A DNA stretch of 64,000 bases. Source: a virus. A model generated the notes under the pieces. The model did not search any database, was not told the origin of the DNA, and saw only the letters and a list, made by a program, of their open reading frames with translations. The translations under genes were made by a program, and so were the position numbers. Position 1 is the stretch's first letter. Each line of letters opens with the position of its first letter. This document shows, one piece after another, positions 16,320-26,207 of this stretch. The stretch covers positions 1-64,000 of the IMG/VR virus record IMGVR_UViG_3300027782_000054; one strand, written 5' to 3'.

Positions 16320-19300
16320 ATGATCGTACCACTACATAATCATTCAATGTACTCTCGACTTGACGGTTTATCTACTGTCAAAGAGATTGCTCAGAGAGCG
16401 CAAGATCTTAATATTTCTGCTATTGGTTTAACTGACCATGATGTAGTTAGCGGTCATATTGATTTCTATAGAGCGATGCGTAATGCTGACATCAAGCCTC
16501 TTCTTGGTGTCGAAACGTATCAGGCTTCTGCGTCTCGTCTTGTTAATGCTGGTTCTCTGAATGAGAAAGGCACGAAGAATAAGATTGAGAACTTCCATCT
16601 CATCCTTCTTGCTCAAAGTAATACTGGCCTAAAGAATCTTTGGCGCATGAATACAGAGGCACATCGTTCTGGCTTCTACTACAATGGCCGCGTAGATTGG
16701 GATCTACTCAGTAAATTTAATGAAGGAATTATCTGCACATCTGCATGTGCATCAGGACTACTATCATCATACATTCGTCAGGAGAAAGATTATGAAGAGA
16801 TCCTTAAGAAGTACATTAGCATCTTTGGTGATCGGTTTTACATTGAGCTATCTACTTATTCGGGTGATTTCCAAAAAGACATTAACAAAGAGCTAGTCTC
16901 ACTTTCAAAGAGATGGGGCATCCCTACTGTATATGGCAACGACGCTCACTATGCCTTCCCTGAGCAGTATGACCTACATGAGGCAATTCTTGCCGTACAG
17001 TATAACCAGAAGCTCTCAGAACTAAAAGAGCCTCATCATGAGCCATGTCTTTACATCATGGATGAAGATGATGTTCGTAAGCATCTTAGTTATCTAGACG
17101 ATAGTATCGTTAATGATGCTATTGCTAATACTGTATTAATTGCAGATAGTTGCAATGTAGAACTTCCTGCTATCAAGGATCGTACCCCTGCGTTTATTCC
17201 AGACAAGAAATGGCAGAACAGTTGGGATATGTTCTTTGATCTAGTCAAGGATGGATACCAGGAAAAAGTCGTGGATAAGGGCAAGCATTCTGAGATTTAC
17301 TTTGAGCGCCTTCAAAAGGAGCTTTCTGTTATTAAGAATGCAAATCTTTATGACTACTTCCTCATTGTCCGCGACTACATTGAGAATGCTCGTAAGCAAG
17401 GGATCGTTACTGGTCCTGGCCGTGGATCAATCGGTGGATCACTCGTTGCCTATCTTGTAGGAATTACTTCAATTGACTCAGTCCAGTATGGATTGATCTT
17501 TGAGCGTTTCTATAACAAGGGCCGTGTAAAGTCTAAGCCAGATATTGATACAGACTTCTCTACTAAGGGTAGAGACAAAGTTAAGAGCTACGTATCAAAT
17601 AAATATGGAGCTAAGTACGTATCTGATCTTGGTACTACTATCGGTCTAAAGAGTAAGGGTGCTATCAACGACGTAGGTCGTGTGCTTGGTATTCCCATTC
17701 CTGAAGTCCGTGCTATCGCCTCAATCATTGATCGTACTATTGTTGCAGGCATCCAGGCAGACTGGGATACGATCAATGATGAAGTCGGAAAAGATCTTGC
17801 TCCCTACCGTCAGAAGTACCCTCAGATGTTTGAGTGGGCTGAACGTCTCTTTGATCACATCCGTGGGTACGGTGTACACGCTTCTGGCGTCATCATCGGT
17901 GACGATGAGCTAGATGGCATCTTCCCAATGCGTTGGGTCACCAAAGATAAAAAGCTTGTGACTCAGTGGCCCATGGAGATTGCTGAAGAGTTTGGATATA
18001 TGAAGATGGATTTCCTTGGTCTTCGTACTCTCGACACTCTAGAAGAAGTAAATAGCATTCTCAAAGAGAGTGGCAAGGAGGTTATTGATTATGACTCCTT
18101 GCATGATATGGAATTTCCTGAAGAAATGTGGACTCTTCTTGATAAGGGTCTTTCTGTAGGCTTGTTCCAGATTGAAGACGGAATCGCCAAGGGTCTTGTC
18201 AAGAAGATGAAGTGTCGCAATATTGAAGACCTCATTGACTTCCTTGCTCTTAACCGCCCAGGCCCGGATGTAGAGGCTTACATGAATGGTCGCAATGGCG
18301 GTATGGTGACCTACGCAAACCCACTCATTGAGAATGTAACCCGTAGCACATATGGAATGTTCCTATTTCAGGAGCAGATTATTGAGTTCATGCAGCAGCT
18401 TGGGTACTCACTTGATCAGGCGGATAACTTCCGCTCTGTCATGGGAAAGAAGAAGGTCAGTGAGATCAACAAAGAGAAGGATCTATTCTTTTCCAAGTCT
18501 AAGGACTTTATGTCTGATGATCAGGCATATAAGATCTGGAACATGATCGAGAACTTCTCCAAGTATGGATTCAATAAAAGCCATGCTGTAGGTTACGCCA
18601 TCATTCTTCTTTGCACACTCTATGCTAAGTGGGCATATCCAGCAGAATTTATTCTCGCTGGCATTAGAACCGTAGACAAGCCGCAGATTAAACGCTTCCT
18701 AGGAGAAGCCCGTCGTATGGGCATCAATGTCTATCCTCCAGATATTAATGAATCAGAAAATAAAACTATCATCAAGAATGACGCGATTAGATTCGGATTC
18801 TCTGATATCAAGTACTTCAGTGATACTTCTGCAAGATGGATTCTTCAGAATCGTCCGTTTACCAGCATGAGTGATCTTTTAGAGAAGATTCAGGAAAAGA
18901 AGATCACTCTTCCTAACGGTGTTCGTCGTGTTGTCCTTACAAGCAAGCATATTGATATCCTCACAAAAATCGGTGCTTTGAATAGTGTTGAGGGTGTTGA
19001 GATTACGGTTGATGAAGATGAAAGAATTTTGGCAGAAGAAGAGTATATAGGTATTGCTTTTTCTGATAAAACTGCTAGAATTTTAGAACAGTATGGAGAT
19101 GAGATCACCGACCATTGCACAGCAATTTCTGCAATCGAAGATCCAGGTATGTATCTCATTGCTGGCGCTATTTTTAAGATTGAAGAAAAGATCACAAAGA
19201 CAGGTAAAGAATATATCAAGATCTATATTAGAGACATTGAAGATCAAGAAATTGAAATTTTTGTTTGGAACAATGAAAGAGAACGATTCCAGTTTATGTG

Positions 19301-19397
19301 GAGAAGAAATGTCGTTGGCATCTTCTCAATTAAAAAGACTGAGATGGGTTTTACATTGAAAGATGCGAAGACGCTATTTGACAAGGAGAGTAGATGA
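16320..19397 (+). CDS. dnaE: DNA polymerase III alpha subunit
   Basis: PHP motifs LHNHS, LTDH, NDAHY; GPGRGS, PDIDTDF, HASGV, KMDFLGL, YGFNKSHA. Confidence 0.95.
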   Translation: MIVPLHNHSMYSRLDGLSTVKEIAQRAQDLNISAIGLTDHDVVSGHIDFYRAMRNADIKPLLGVETYQASASRLVNAGSLNEKGTKNKIENFHLILLAQSNTGLKNLWRMNTEAHRSGFYYNGRVDWDLLSKFNEGIICTSACASGLLSSYIRQEKDYEEILKKYISIFGDRFYIELSTYSGDFQKDINKELVSLSKRWGIPTVYGNDAHYAFPEQYDLHEAILAVQYNQKLSELKEPHHEPCLYIMDEDDVRKHLSYLDDSIVNDAIANTVLIADSCNVELPAIKDRTPAFIPDKKWQNSWDMFFDLVKDGYQEKVVDKGKHSEIYFERLQKELSVIKNANLYDYFLIVRDYIENARKQGIVTGPGRGSIGGSLVAYLVGITSIDSVQYGLIFERFYNKGRVKSKPDIDTDFSTKGRDKVKSYVSNKYGAKYVSDLGTTIGLKSKGAINDVGRVLGIPIPEVRAIASIIDRTIVAGIQADWDTINDEVGKDLAPYRQKYPQMFEWAERLFDHIRGYGVHASGVIIGDDELDGIFPMRWVTKDKKLVTQWPMEIAEEFGYMKMDFLGLRTLDTLEEVNSILKESGKEVIDYDSLHDMEFPEEMWTLLDKGLSVGLFQIEDGIAKGLVKKMKCRNIEDLIDFLALNRPGPDVEAYMNGRNGGMVTYANPLIENVTRSTYGMFLFQEQIIEFMQQLGYSLDQADNFRSVMGKKKVSEINKEKDLFFSKSKDFMSDDQAYKIWNMIENFSKYGFNKSHAVGYAIILLCTLYAKWAYPAEFILAGIRTVDKPQIKRFLGEARRMGINVYPPDINESENKTIIKNDAIRFGFSDIKYFSDTSARWILQNRPFTSMSDLLEKIQEKKITLPNGVRRVVLTSKHIDILTKIGALNSVEGVEITVDEDERILAEEEYIGIAFSDKTARILEQYGDEITDHCTAISAIEDPGMYLIAGAIFKIEEKITKTGKEYIKIYIRDIEDQEIEIFVWNNERERFQFMWRRNVVGIFSIKKTEMGFTLKDAKTLFDKESR

Positions 19398-20371
19398 GTA
19401 AGAGCTTTAGATCAGCAACGGAGATACCCCCAATGAATGTACTACCAACAGGAATTGCAAATTTAGATTTTGCTACAAGAGTAGGTGGAATTCCCACTGG
19501 TACACAAGTGGAGATTTTTGGTCGTGAGGCTGTAGGTAAATCTCTCATGGCCTACTACATGATTGCCGAAGCACAACGCAGAGGCCACAAGGTCGCTTAC
19601 ATCGATCTAGAAGGCACCTTTGAGCCTAAGTGGGCAAAGTATACATCAAAGCTTTCATTAAAAGATTTAGATATGGCAGATCCGCTTCCTGGTCAGGAAG
19701 CTGTTGCCACATTAGATGAAGCTGTGAAGAGCAATGAGTACCGTTTAATTATCTTTGATTCACTTGGTTGCATGGTTGATGATACTGAGAAAGATATTAC
19801 AAAGATGCGTGTAGGTGGCACTTCTCTTCTCATCTCTCATATGGTGAATAATGTAAATCCCTATGTGCGTCAGAACAATTGCATCGTGGTCTACATTAAT
19901 CAAGCGCGTGAGTCATTCAACTCGTATGGTGTCTCTGGCTCTCAGGAAGAGGCTCCAGGCGGTCGCGCCAAGCGCCACATGTGTTCCATTAGAATCCATC
20001 TAAGACCCGGTGAGCCTTTAAATCATAAGGGTGAAAAGATTGGCTTCCGTGTTAAGGCGAAGATTATCAAGAACAAGGTTGGTACTCCGAATCAGACTGC
20101 AAGCTGGAATGTGTGGAATCAACCAGATCCAGTTAATGGTGTTTTGGGCATTGATCTTATCCAAGATATTATTGACACCTCATTGAATGAGGGGATCATT
20201 AAGAGAAGTGGAGCTTGGTACTCACACGGCCTATTTGGTGAGAAGCCTCTACAAGGCACTGAGGCAGTATTCAATTTCCTCTCTAGCCATCCTGAAGGGA
20301 TAGTCACTCTTAAGCAGGAGGTCCTTGATCTTGCGAAAGAAGTCTACTCAGAGGAAGTTAATGGAGAATAA
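19394..20371 (+). CDS. recA: RecA/UvsX recombinase
   Basis: EIFGREAVGKS, YIDLEG, IFDSL, INQAR, PGGRA, KNKV. Confidence 0.93.
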   Translation: MSKSFRSATEIPPMNVLPTGIANLDFATRVGGIPTGTQVEIFGREAVGKSLMAYYMIAEAQRRGHKVAYIDLEGTFEPKWAKYTSKLSLKDLDMADPLPGQEAVATLDEAVKSNEYRLIIFDSLGCMVDDTEKDITKMRVGGTSLLISHMVNNVNPYVRQNNCIVVYINQARESFNSYGVSGSQEEAPGGRAKRHMCSIRIHLRPGEPLNHKGEKIGFRVKAKIIKNKVGTPNQTASWNVWNQPDPVNGVLGIDLIQDIIDTSLNEGIIKRSGAWYSHGLFGEKPLQGTEAVFNFLSSHPEGIVTLKQEVLDLAKEVYSEEVNGE

Positions 20372-20516
20372 CTGCGATCATACCTGGATGCATTTCAAAT
20401 CTGCAGAACCGTCAACTAAAAAGATCTACTTGACCTTCTACTGTCAGAAATGCCTTCTCCTTCGTTTTGAATCATATACGGATGGGATAAGGGATGGAAG
20501 CAAAGAGTACAACTGA
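20361..20516 (+). CDS. Small Cys/His protein
   Basis: MENNCDHTW...FYCQKC, SD GAGG. Confidence 0.55.
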   Translation: MENNCDHTWMHFKSAEPSTKKIYLTFYCQKCLLLRFESYTDGIRDGSKEYN

Positions 20517-20844
20517 TATGGGGAGGGAGTTTGAGCTTGAATTAGTCAGAGTCCTTTCTTTTGACAAAGCAAGAAGATCTCCATCTAGTGGAGCATCATT
20601 CCATGACAATATTGATGTAACTTCAGAACATTTTGTCATTGAAGCGGAAGCTACTGAGAAAAAAAGTTATTCAGTCAAATTGTCATTTTGGGATGAAGTC
20701 AGACATAAAGCTTACAATAATAAAAAACCCCTGATTGCATTTAGATTTCGTGACACTAAAAACCCAAGAAAGTCTGTAGACCTTATTGCAATGGATAAGA
20801 ATGACTTCGTAGAATTAATGGAGAAGATATATGGAAGACCTTGA
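20494..20844 (+). CDS. Hjc-like PD-(D/E)XK resolvase/nuclease
   Basis: GREFE..RSPSSGA..DV..VIEAE..S pattern. Confidence 0.7.
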   Translation: MEAKSTTDMGREFELELVRVLSFDKARRSPSSGASFHDNIDVTSEHFVIEAEATEKKSYSVKLSFWDEVRHKAYNNKKPLIAFRFRDTKNPRKSVDLIAMDKNDFVELMEKIYGRP

Positions 20845-21079
20845 AGAGTTTTTTAATGCAGTAACGGAGGATGACCAGTCATTCAGAGATGTCTCCATGT
20901 TCTTTTTAACTATGTTTGTTAATAGAAATTTACTAAAAATGCATTGGGATATGAGTACCCAATCTTTTGCTTTTACTGTAAATGAATTACAAGAGCAAGA
21001 AGATGAAGAAGAAGATCTTATGGAAGTTGATCCAGACGATATTCTCAGAAGAATGCTAAACAGAAAGAAAAGGAAATAA
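20831..21079 (+). CDS. Acidic hypothetical protein
   Basis: 82-aa coupled ORF. Confidence 0.65.
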   Translation: MEDLEEFFNAVTEDDQSFRDVSMFFLTMFVNRNLLKMHWDMSTQSFAFTVNELQEQEDEEEDLMEVDPDDILRRMLNRKKRK

Positions 21080-21804
21080 TGGACTCAACTAAACTAATTA
21101 AATCTTTATCTAGTAAGAATCAAATTCTTGTTCCTCACATTCATCGTTTCCTTGCAGAAGCAGACCTCCCTGCTCAATGGATAATCAAGATTGCAAATCA
21201 AAAAGAGAAGCGTGAGTATGGTGAAGCAGATATTCGCTTTAGTCCAAGCTCAGATACCCTCACTTCAGTAGAGGATCTTGTTAGTAAATATACTGATGGG
21301 AAGCCTTATGATCCAATCAGTCCTAACATGAGAATGACCTTTGACATTGGAACCATGTGGCATGAGTACCTTCAGAATATTATTAAGGCCATGAACTTTG
21401 TTCCAGATGAAGGTGTTGAGAAATATTTCATTAAGAAGATTGAGAGGCCAGCAGGCATTGCTTATACTTCAGGACTAGGTGACTTAGTCGGAGTAAATAT
21501 TCCAGGTCATGGATCTTGGCTTGTAGATATCAAGACAATGAATAAAAGAAGTTTTGATAATCCTCCTACAGACCTAATGCAGAAATATACTGCTCAGATT
21601 AATTTGTATGGAGATTGGTTTGGATATGATAAGCTAATGATCCTTGCTGTCTCAAAAGATTCTCCACATGATTTTAAAGAGCTTATTACTCCATCTAATC
21701 CATACTTAGTAAATGAAATCTATGATAGATGGGTTGAAGCATATGGTAAGATCAAAGAATGGCAGAATGGCAATTGCAGGAGCAATGATTTTACATTTAA
21801 TTAA
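21079..21804 (+). CDS. Cas4/RecB-like PD-(D/E)XK exonuclease
   Basis: FSPS, GTMWHE, GLGD, VDIKT, QINLY. Confidence 0.8.
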   Translation: MDSTKLIKSLSSKNQILVPHIHRFLAEADLPAQWIIKIANQKEKREYGEADIRFSPSSDTLTSVEDLVSKYTDGKPYDPISPNMRMTFDIGTMWHEYLQNIIKAMNFVPDEGVEKYFIKKIERPAGIAYTSGLGDLVGVNIPGHGSWLVDIKTMNKRSFDNPPTDLMQKYTAQINLYGDWFGYDKLMILAVSKDSPHDFKELITPSNPYLVNEIYDRWVEAYGKIKEWQNGNCRSNDFTFN

Positions 21805-21818
21805 TATTATGTTATAAT
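21790..21818 (+). promoter_or_regulatory. sigma70-type promoter (leaderless gene)
   Basis: TTTACA-17 bp-TATAAT with extended -10, ATG 7 nt later. Confidence 0.65.
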
Positions 21819-21825
21819 ATGTTTT

Positions 21826-22389
21826 ATGAAAGTATTATCAATAGATCCAGGCAATCAACGCATGGGTCTTGCTTCTTTGAATCAAGACAAAGATGGAGTC
21901 ATACACTTAGGACCATGTAGTTTAATTTTAAATCCTAAAGACGAAAGTATTCCATTTAATAAGTATTTAAATAGGGGGATAGCTCAGATTTGTGAGCTAT
22001 TCCCCCTTATGCTTCATAAGGTCCAACCCGACTTTATAACTAGCGAGACTGTTCCCGTAGGTAGATTAGGCTCCAATACAGAGCTTGTCGTTGCTTCAAT
22101 CACCGTATGCAAGGTGATCGCTTGGCAATGGGGAGTAGATTGGTATGACATTGCTGCCAATACTGTGAAGAAGCAAGTTACCGATGACGGTAGAGCCACA
22201 AAGTCTAAAGTAAAGCACGCAGTTATAAAACAATTTCCTTCTGTTTTAAAGCAGAATGATGAATACAAGGAACAGCAGAAAAAGGAAGGGTTAAAGCCAG
22301 AGGGTTTTCCTCAGGATCTTTACGATGCAATTGCCATCGGATGGGCAGGCTTAATTAAATATGGAAACCAAGAACAGAAAGGGAACTGA
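21826..22389 (+). CDS. ruvC: RuvC-like Holliday junction resolvase
   Basis: LSIDPG, E in ITSE, VKKQVTDDGRATK, DLYDAIAIG. Confidence 0.85.
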   Translation: MKVLSIDPGNQRMGLASLNQDKDGVIHLGPCSLILNPKDESIPFNKYLNRGIAQICELFPLMLHKVQPDFITSETVPVGRLGSNTELVVASITVCKVIAWQWGVDWYDIAANTVKKQVTDDGRATKSKVKHAVIKQFPSVLKQNDEYKEQQKKEGLKPEGFPQDLYDAIAIGWAGLIKYGNQEQKGN

Positions 22390-22759
22390 TTCTAGATTTA
22401 TCCCTCATCGTGTTTTGAGGGAAGTGTATAGACACTATATAGATTTTCAGGATTATTATCAACGCACAGGCAATGATATTATTGAATACAAAGGATATGT
22501 TATTTCCTTTGTTGATCTTAAGGGAAGCTTGTCTCAACTCTCTAAGAGAAAAAGAGAAGCGTTCTTCTATAATGTCATATTAGATAAGAAACAAGAAGAT
22601 GTCGCAAAGATCATGAATGTCACCACTGTTACTGTGGGGCAGTATGTTGAAGCTGCTTGTATTATTCTTGCAAAGAAGTATTTTCCAGAGCTAGAAGAAC
22701 AATCTCCAAAGGGCAGAAAGCCCAAGCAGCACTATAAAAATGATGATTTGGACACTTAA
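22361..22759 (+). CDS. sigma70 region-4-like HTH protein
   Basis: LSKRKREAF...QEDVAKIMNVTTVTVGQY. Confidence 0.7.
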   Translation: METKNRKGTDSRFIPHRVLREVYRHYIDFQDYYQRTGNDIIEYKGYVISFVDLKGSLSQLSKRKREAFFYNVILDKKQEDVAKIMNVTTVTVGQYVEAACIILAKKYFPELEEQSPKGRKPKQHYKNDDLDT

Positions 22760-22765
22760 TTAATA

Positions 22766-23125
22766 ATGTGGTATAGAAGACAACAAAAACCTGCAGATTA
22801 TGCTGACTTTTCAGAAAAAGAAACATATACCTCTACTGAGCTAGAAGCATTTGCAAGCGCTCTCCTAAAGAAAGACAGAAGAGATAGCGGACACGACCAT
22901 GATATTCTTTTTGAAGAACAGCTTTACAATAAGTCAAAAAGAGAAATCATGGTAGATGCTTTTGATATTGATGGGACATTAACAAATATCATGCAGGATA
23001 AAGATAAGCCCGGTATTTACAAAGGTGATGGACAGAAGATGTATAACCGTTCACACCCACAAGGAAGAAAAGTAAATACCGAAGACTCCCGTAAAAATCG
23101 CGGGAGTAGCTACTACAAGAACTAA
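22766..23125 (+). CDS. Hypothetical protein
   Basis: 119-aa ORF. Confidence 0.7.
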   Translation: MWYRRQQKPADYADFSEKETYTSTELEAFASALLKKDRRDSGHDHDILFEEQLYNKSKREIMVDAFDIDGTLTNIMQDKDKPGIYKGDGQKMYNRSHPQGRKVNTEDSRKNRGSSYYKN

Positions 23126-23129
23126 AATT

Positions 23130-23804
23130 ATGACTAATCAACCAGCTAAAAGAGGCAGACCTAAAAAGTCAGTAGATCCAAGTGCAGATCTAGCCGCAAT
23201 CAAAGATACTCTTCCTGTAAGAGAACCTCGTTGTAAAATATGTCAGAGTCCTGTCCGTGATCGTATTGAAAGACTTGCTGCTGCTGGCTATGGGGCGACC
23301 TCAATAGCAGAAGAGATTATGGGCATAGACCCAAAGCTTTCCACAAATCTTGATACTCTTAGAAAAAATATTGATAGACATGTTAATTCTCACTTACGTA
23401 TTAGAGAAAAAGCAATCCGTCGTATATTAGAGAATCGTGCAAAGCAGCAAGGAATCTTGATGGAGAATGTTGAGACAGCTTTTATTGATGATAAGAGCTT
23501 ACTTGATATTCTCGTAAGACAAGCTACTGAGCAAGCTGGTGACTCTAATTTCCGTGTTCATATGAAGGATGCTCTTGAGGCAATTAAGATCAAGAAGGAC
23601 ATTGAGTCATCTGAATTCTCAGAACAAATTAAGGTTATGGAAAAACAGCTATGGGCTATCTCCCAGGCTGTTAAAGATGTTATTCCAGAAGAGCTTTATG
23701 CAAAGCTAACATCAAGAGCAAGACAACTATTTGAAGGTGACCTTATTGATCTTCCGTATAAAGAAGAGGCCACTGCTATATCATTTAAGGAGATTGAAGA
23801 ATGA
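23130..23804 (+). CDS. Putative terminase small subunit / DNA-binding protein
   Basis: KRGRP AT-hook, CKIC...H..H motif, helical; upstream of TerL. Confidence 0.55.
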   Translation: MTNQPAKRGRPKKSVDPSADLAAIKDTLPVREPRCKICQSPVRDRIERLAAAGYGATSIAEEIMGIDPKLSTNLDTLRKNIDRHVNSHLRIREKAIRRILENRAKQQGILMENVETAFIDDKSLLDILVRQATEQAGDSNFRVHMKDALEAIKIKKDIESSEFSEQIKVMEKQLWAISQAVKDVIPEELYAKLTSRARQLFEGDLIDLPYKEEATAISFKEIEE

Positions 23805-24103
23805 AAGATTTAATTGAAGTAACAAAAGAAGAAAAAGTTGCAATCTACAAGCTAACTGAATACCTTAGTTATAAGTGGTCGCACAAGACAGCCAATAGAG
23901 CAAATCTACAAGAGTTCGCCTATGAAGCATCAAGCCGTTATGCAGAGCTAGGTTATATCGTAAATGTTGATATTACTCCAGCACTAGTCGGTGTTGGTCG
24001 TCCAGATATTTCTATCGTGGGTAAGATCAATAACTTAGAAACAGACCATGACCGTATTCGTTATGATGTTAAAAAAGAATATAAGGAAAAAGGTAAGTTG
24101 TAA
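23801..24103 (+). CDS. Hypothetical protein
   Basis: 100-aa coupled ORF. Confidence 0.7.
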   Translation: MKDLIEVTKEEKVAIYKLTEYLSYKWSHKTANRANLQEFAYEASSRYAELGYIVNVDITPALVGVGRPDISIVGKINNLETDHDRIRYDVKKEYKEKGKL

Positions 24104-24106
24104 TCA

Positions 24107-26146
24107 ATGGCGTCTAAGCAATCCTCTGCAGATAAAATTAAGGTTCCAGACCTGCTCAGTATGTTTGAGTCCCAACTTGTCAAGCGCAAGGTGGGTATTG
24201 TGGAGTTTGCTCATTCACCAGAATTCTGTGGTAAGCCTCTCTACCCTCGACAAAGAACTCTTTTAAAGCTTATCTTTCTAGAAGATCTAGACAGTTATGA
24301 TAAAAAAGTTATTGATGAATGGATTAAATCATCAAAAGAGGGTGGAGAGGTTACCATTTCTCCTGGCATATATGACAGATATGATTATCTAAGGGATCTT
24401 AACTTTCCTCATTTCCGTCAGATCCAATTAGTTGGTGGACGCCGTTCTAGCAAGGGCCATATAACTGGCCTAGCTACAGCAAAGAAAATCTATGACCTTA
24501 CTCTCATTGATAATGTTGGCGAACACTATGGTATCGACGTAGATAAGGATGTTTATATTCAAGTAGTAGCCAACTCTAAAGAGCAGGCTAAGGCCATGCA
24601 ATTTGCAGACTCTACGAACTGGCTCCTTGCTTGCAAGTCAATTGCAGATCAAGGTCTTATTTCAAAGCTATTGGCAGAAACTACATCTATTTTCACACCA
24701 TACGATAAACAGAGAGTATTAAAGATTGAGTCTCAGCAAGGTAAGATTGATAAAGATCTTGCAAAGATTCGCCTACAGGCTCAGGGGACTAACTCTCGTA
24801 CCCTTCGTGGTCAGGCAGCTATTGCCTATATCTTTGATGAGTTTGCTCACTTTCTTTCAGGAGAGTCTAATATGTCTGCTGAAGAGGTATATAAAGCCGC
24901 TACGCCATCATTAGCTCAGTTTGGTAAAGATGCTATGATTTTCACCAATTCATCTCCATATACAGAAATTGGGATGTTCTTTACTTTATATAATCATTCA
25001 TTGCAACTGGACCCACCAGTGATTGGTAAGCCAGTTTATCCCGATATGTTAATGTTGCAATATCCTTCATGGGAGCTTTACAAAGACTGGGATAATGATC
25101 CATTGTATAAATGGAAGGGTGCCATCATGGTATCCCCAGATGTCTCCGATGAATTACTCGCTAACTCAGATGAACGAATTAAATCACAACAAGCTCGTTT
25201 TGAGGAAATGGCTAACCCAGAATCATTCGCTGTAGAATATAGAGCCAGATTCGCCAAGGTAATCGATGCCTTCTTAAATCCGGAAATGGTAGATAGGGCA
25301 TTTGATCCTGAATTTACTAAGTCAAAGGTTGGCCGTTATATTGATACAGAGTATGGCGCAAAGATGTTTTCTATGTATAAGGCACATGGAGATCCTTCCT
25401 CAGTTGTAGCTAACTTCGGTATAGCTGTTGCACATATTGAAGAAGTAGAGGAAGAGATGCCAGATCGTAATGGTGGAATGTTCCTTATGAAGGTTCCTCA
25501 TGTTGTATTTGATCTCGTAGATGCCTTCTATCCAGAAGATTTCGAAGAGAAGACTATTGACTGGATGCAAGTTGTCCCCCAAATTGGTAAGCTTATTAAC
25601 GCTTTCCGTCCTATTGAATGGACATTCGATCAATTCGATTCTAATTTTGCTATTCAACAACTAAATTCTGATATTGGTAATATGGGAATCACAGAGACTC
25701 AGGTATACATGAAGACCGCCAATGCTGCAAATAACAAGAGACGCGCTATGAATTTCAAAGCTGCCCTTAATCTTGGTCGTATCCATATCCCCCATCCTAC
25801 CTATCCAAGCGATAAATCTAACAAAAAGTCACTTGAGCTTGTCAGACAGGAGCTTAAGTTCCTTCAAGATAAGAATGGTCGTATTGATAAACAGGAAATT
25901 GGCCCAGTGAGGACCAAAGATATTGCAGACTGTTTAATGGAATGCGTAGACTTCTTAATTGGAGACAGCTTAACAATCAATATGTTCACTCAGTCTAGAC
26001 CAGAATTTGGTAGTGCTAGTGGATATGGTATTGGTAAGCATCAAGACAGCCCATTCTCTTCATTCTATGAAGCGTCTAGGCTAAATCAGAAGCATGATCT
26101 GGCCCGTGGAGGAAGATTTTTCAATAAAAGAGAAAGACCACGTTAA
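24107..26146 (+). CDS. terL: Terminase large subunit
   Basis: LYPRQ, GGRRSSKG Walker A, FDEFAH Walker B, NSSP, nuclease HGDPS, FDQF, KDIAD. Confidence 0.9.
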   Translation: MASKQSSADKIKVPDLLSMFESQLVKRKVGIVEFAHSPEFCGKPLYPRQRTLLKLIFLEDLDSYDKKVIDEWIKSSKEGGEVTISPGIYDRYDYLRDLNFPHFRQIQLVGGRRSSKGHITGLATAKKIYDLTLIDNVGEHYGIDVDKDVYIQVVANSKEQAKAMQFADSTNWLLACKSIADQGLISKLLAETTSIFTPYDKQRVLKIESQQGKIDKDLAKIRLQAQGTNSRTLRGQAAIAYIFDEFAHFLSGESNMSAEEVYKAATPSLAQFGKDAMIFTNSSPYTEIGMFFTLYNHSLQLDPPVIGKPVYPDMLMLQYPSWELYKDWDNDPLYKWKGAIMVSPDVSDELLANSDERIKSQQARFEEMANPESFAVEYRARFAKVIDAFLNPEMVDRAFDPEFTKSKVGRYIDTEYGAKMFSMYKAHGDPSSVVANFGIAVAHIEEVEEEMPDRNGGMFLMKVPHVVFDLVDAFYPEDFEEKTIDWMQVVPQIGKLINAFRPIEWTFDQFDSNFAIQQLNSDIGNMGITETQVYMKTANAANNKRRAMNFKAALNLGRIHIPHPTYPSDKSNKKSLELVRQELKFLQDKNGRIDKQEIGPVRTKDIADCLMECVDFLIGDSLTINMFTQSRPEFGSASGYGIGKHQDSPFSSFYEASRLNQKHDLARGGRFFNKRERPR

Positions 26147-26207
26147 AAATACATATATTTGCACGTTTGCCGTTATAAATAAATGATATATATCAAAGGA
26201 AACTTTC

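Noticed and set aside
21079-21804. CRISPR-Cas locus suggested by the Cas4-like nuclease
   Set aside because: No repeat-spacer array or other cas genes; such nucleases are routine in phage recombination modules.
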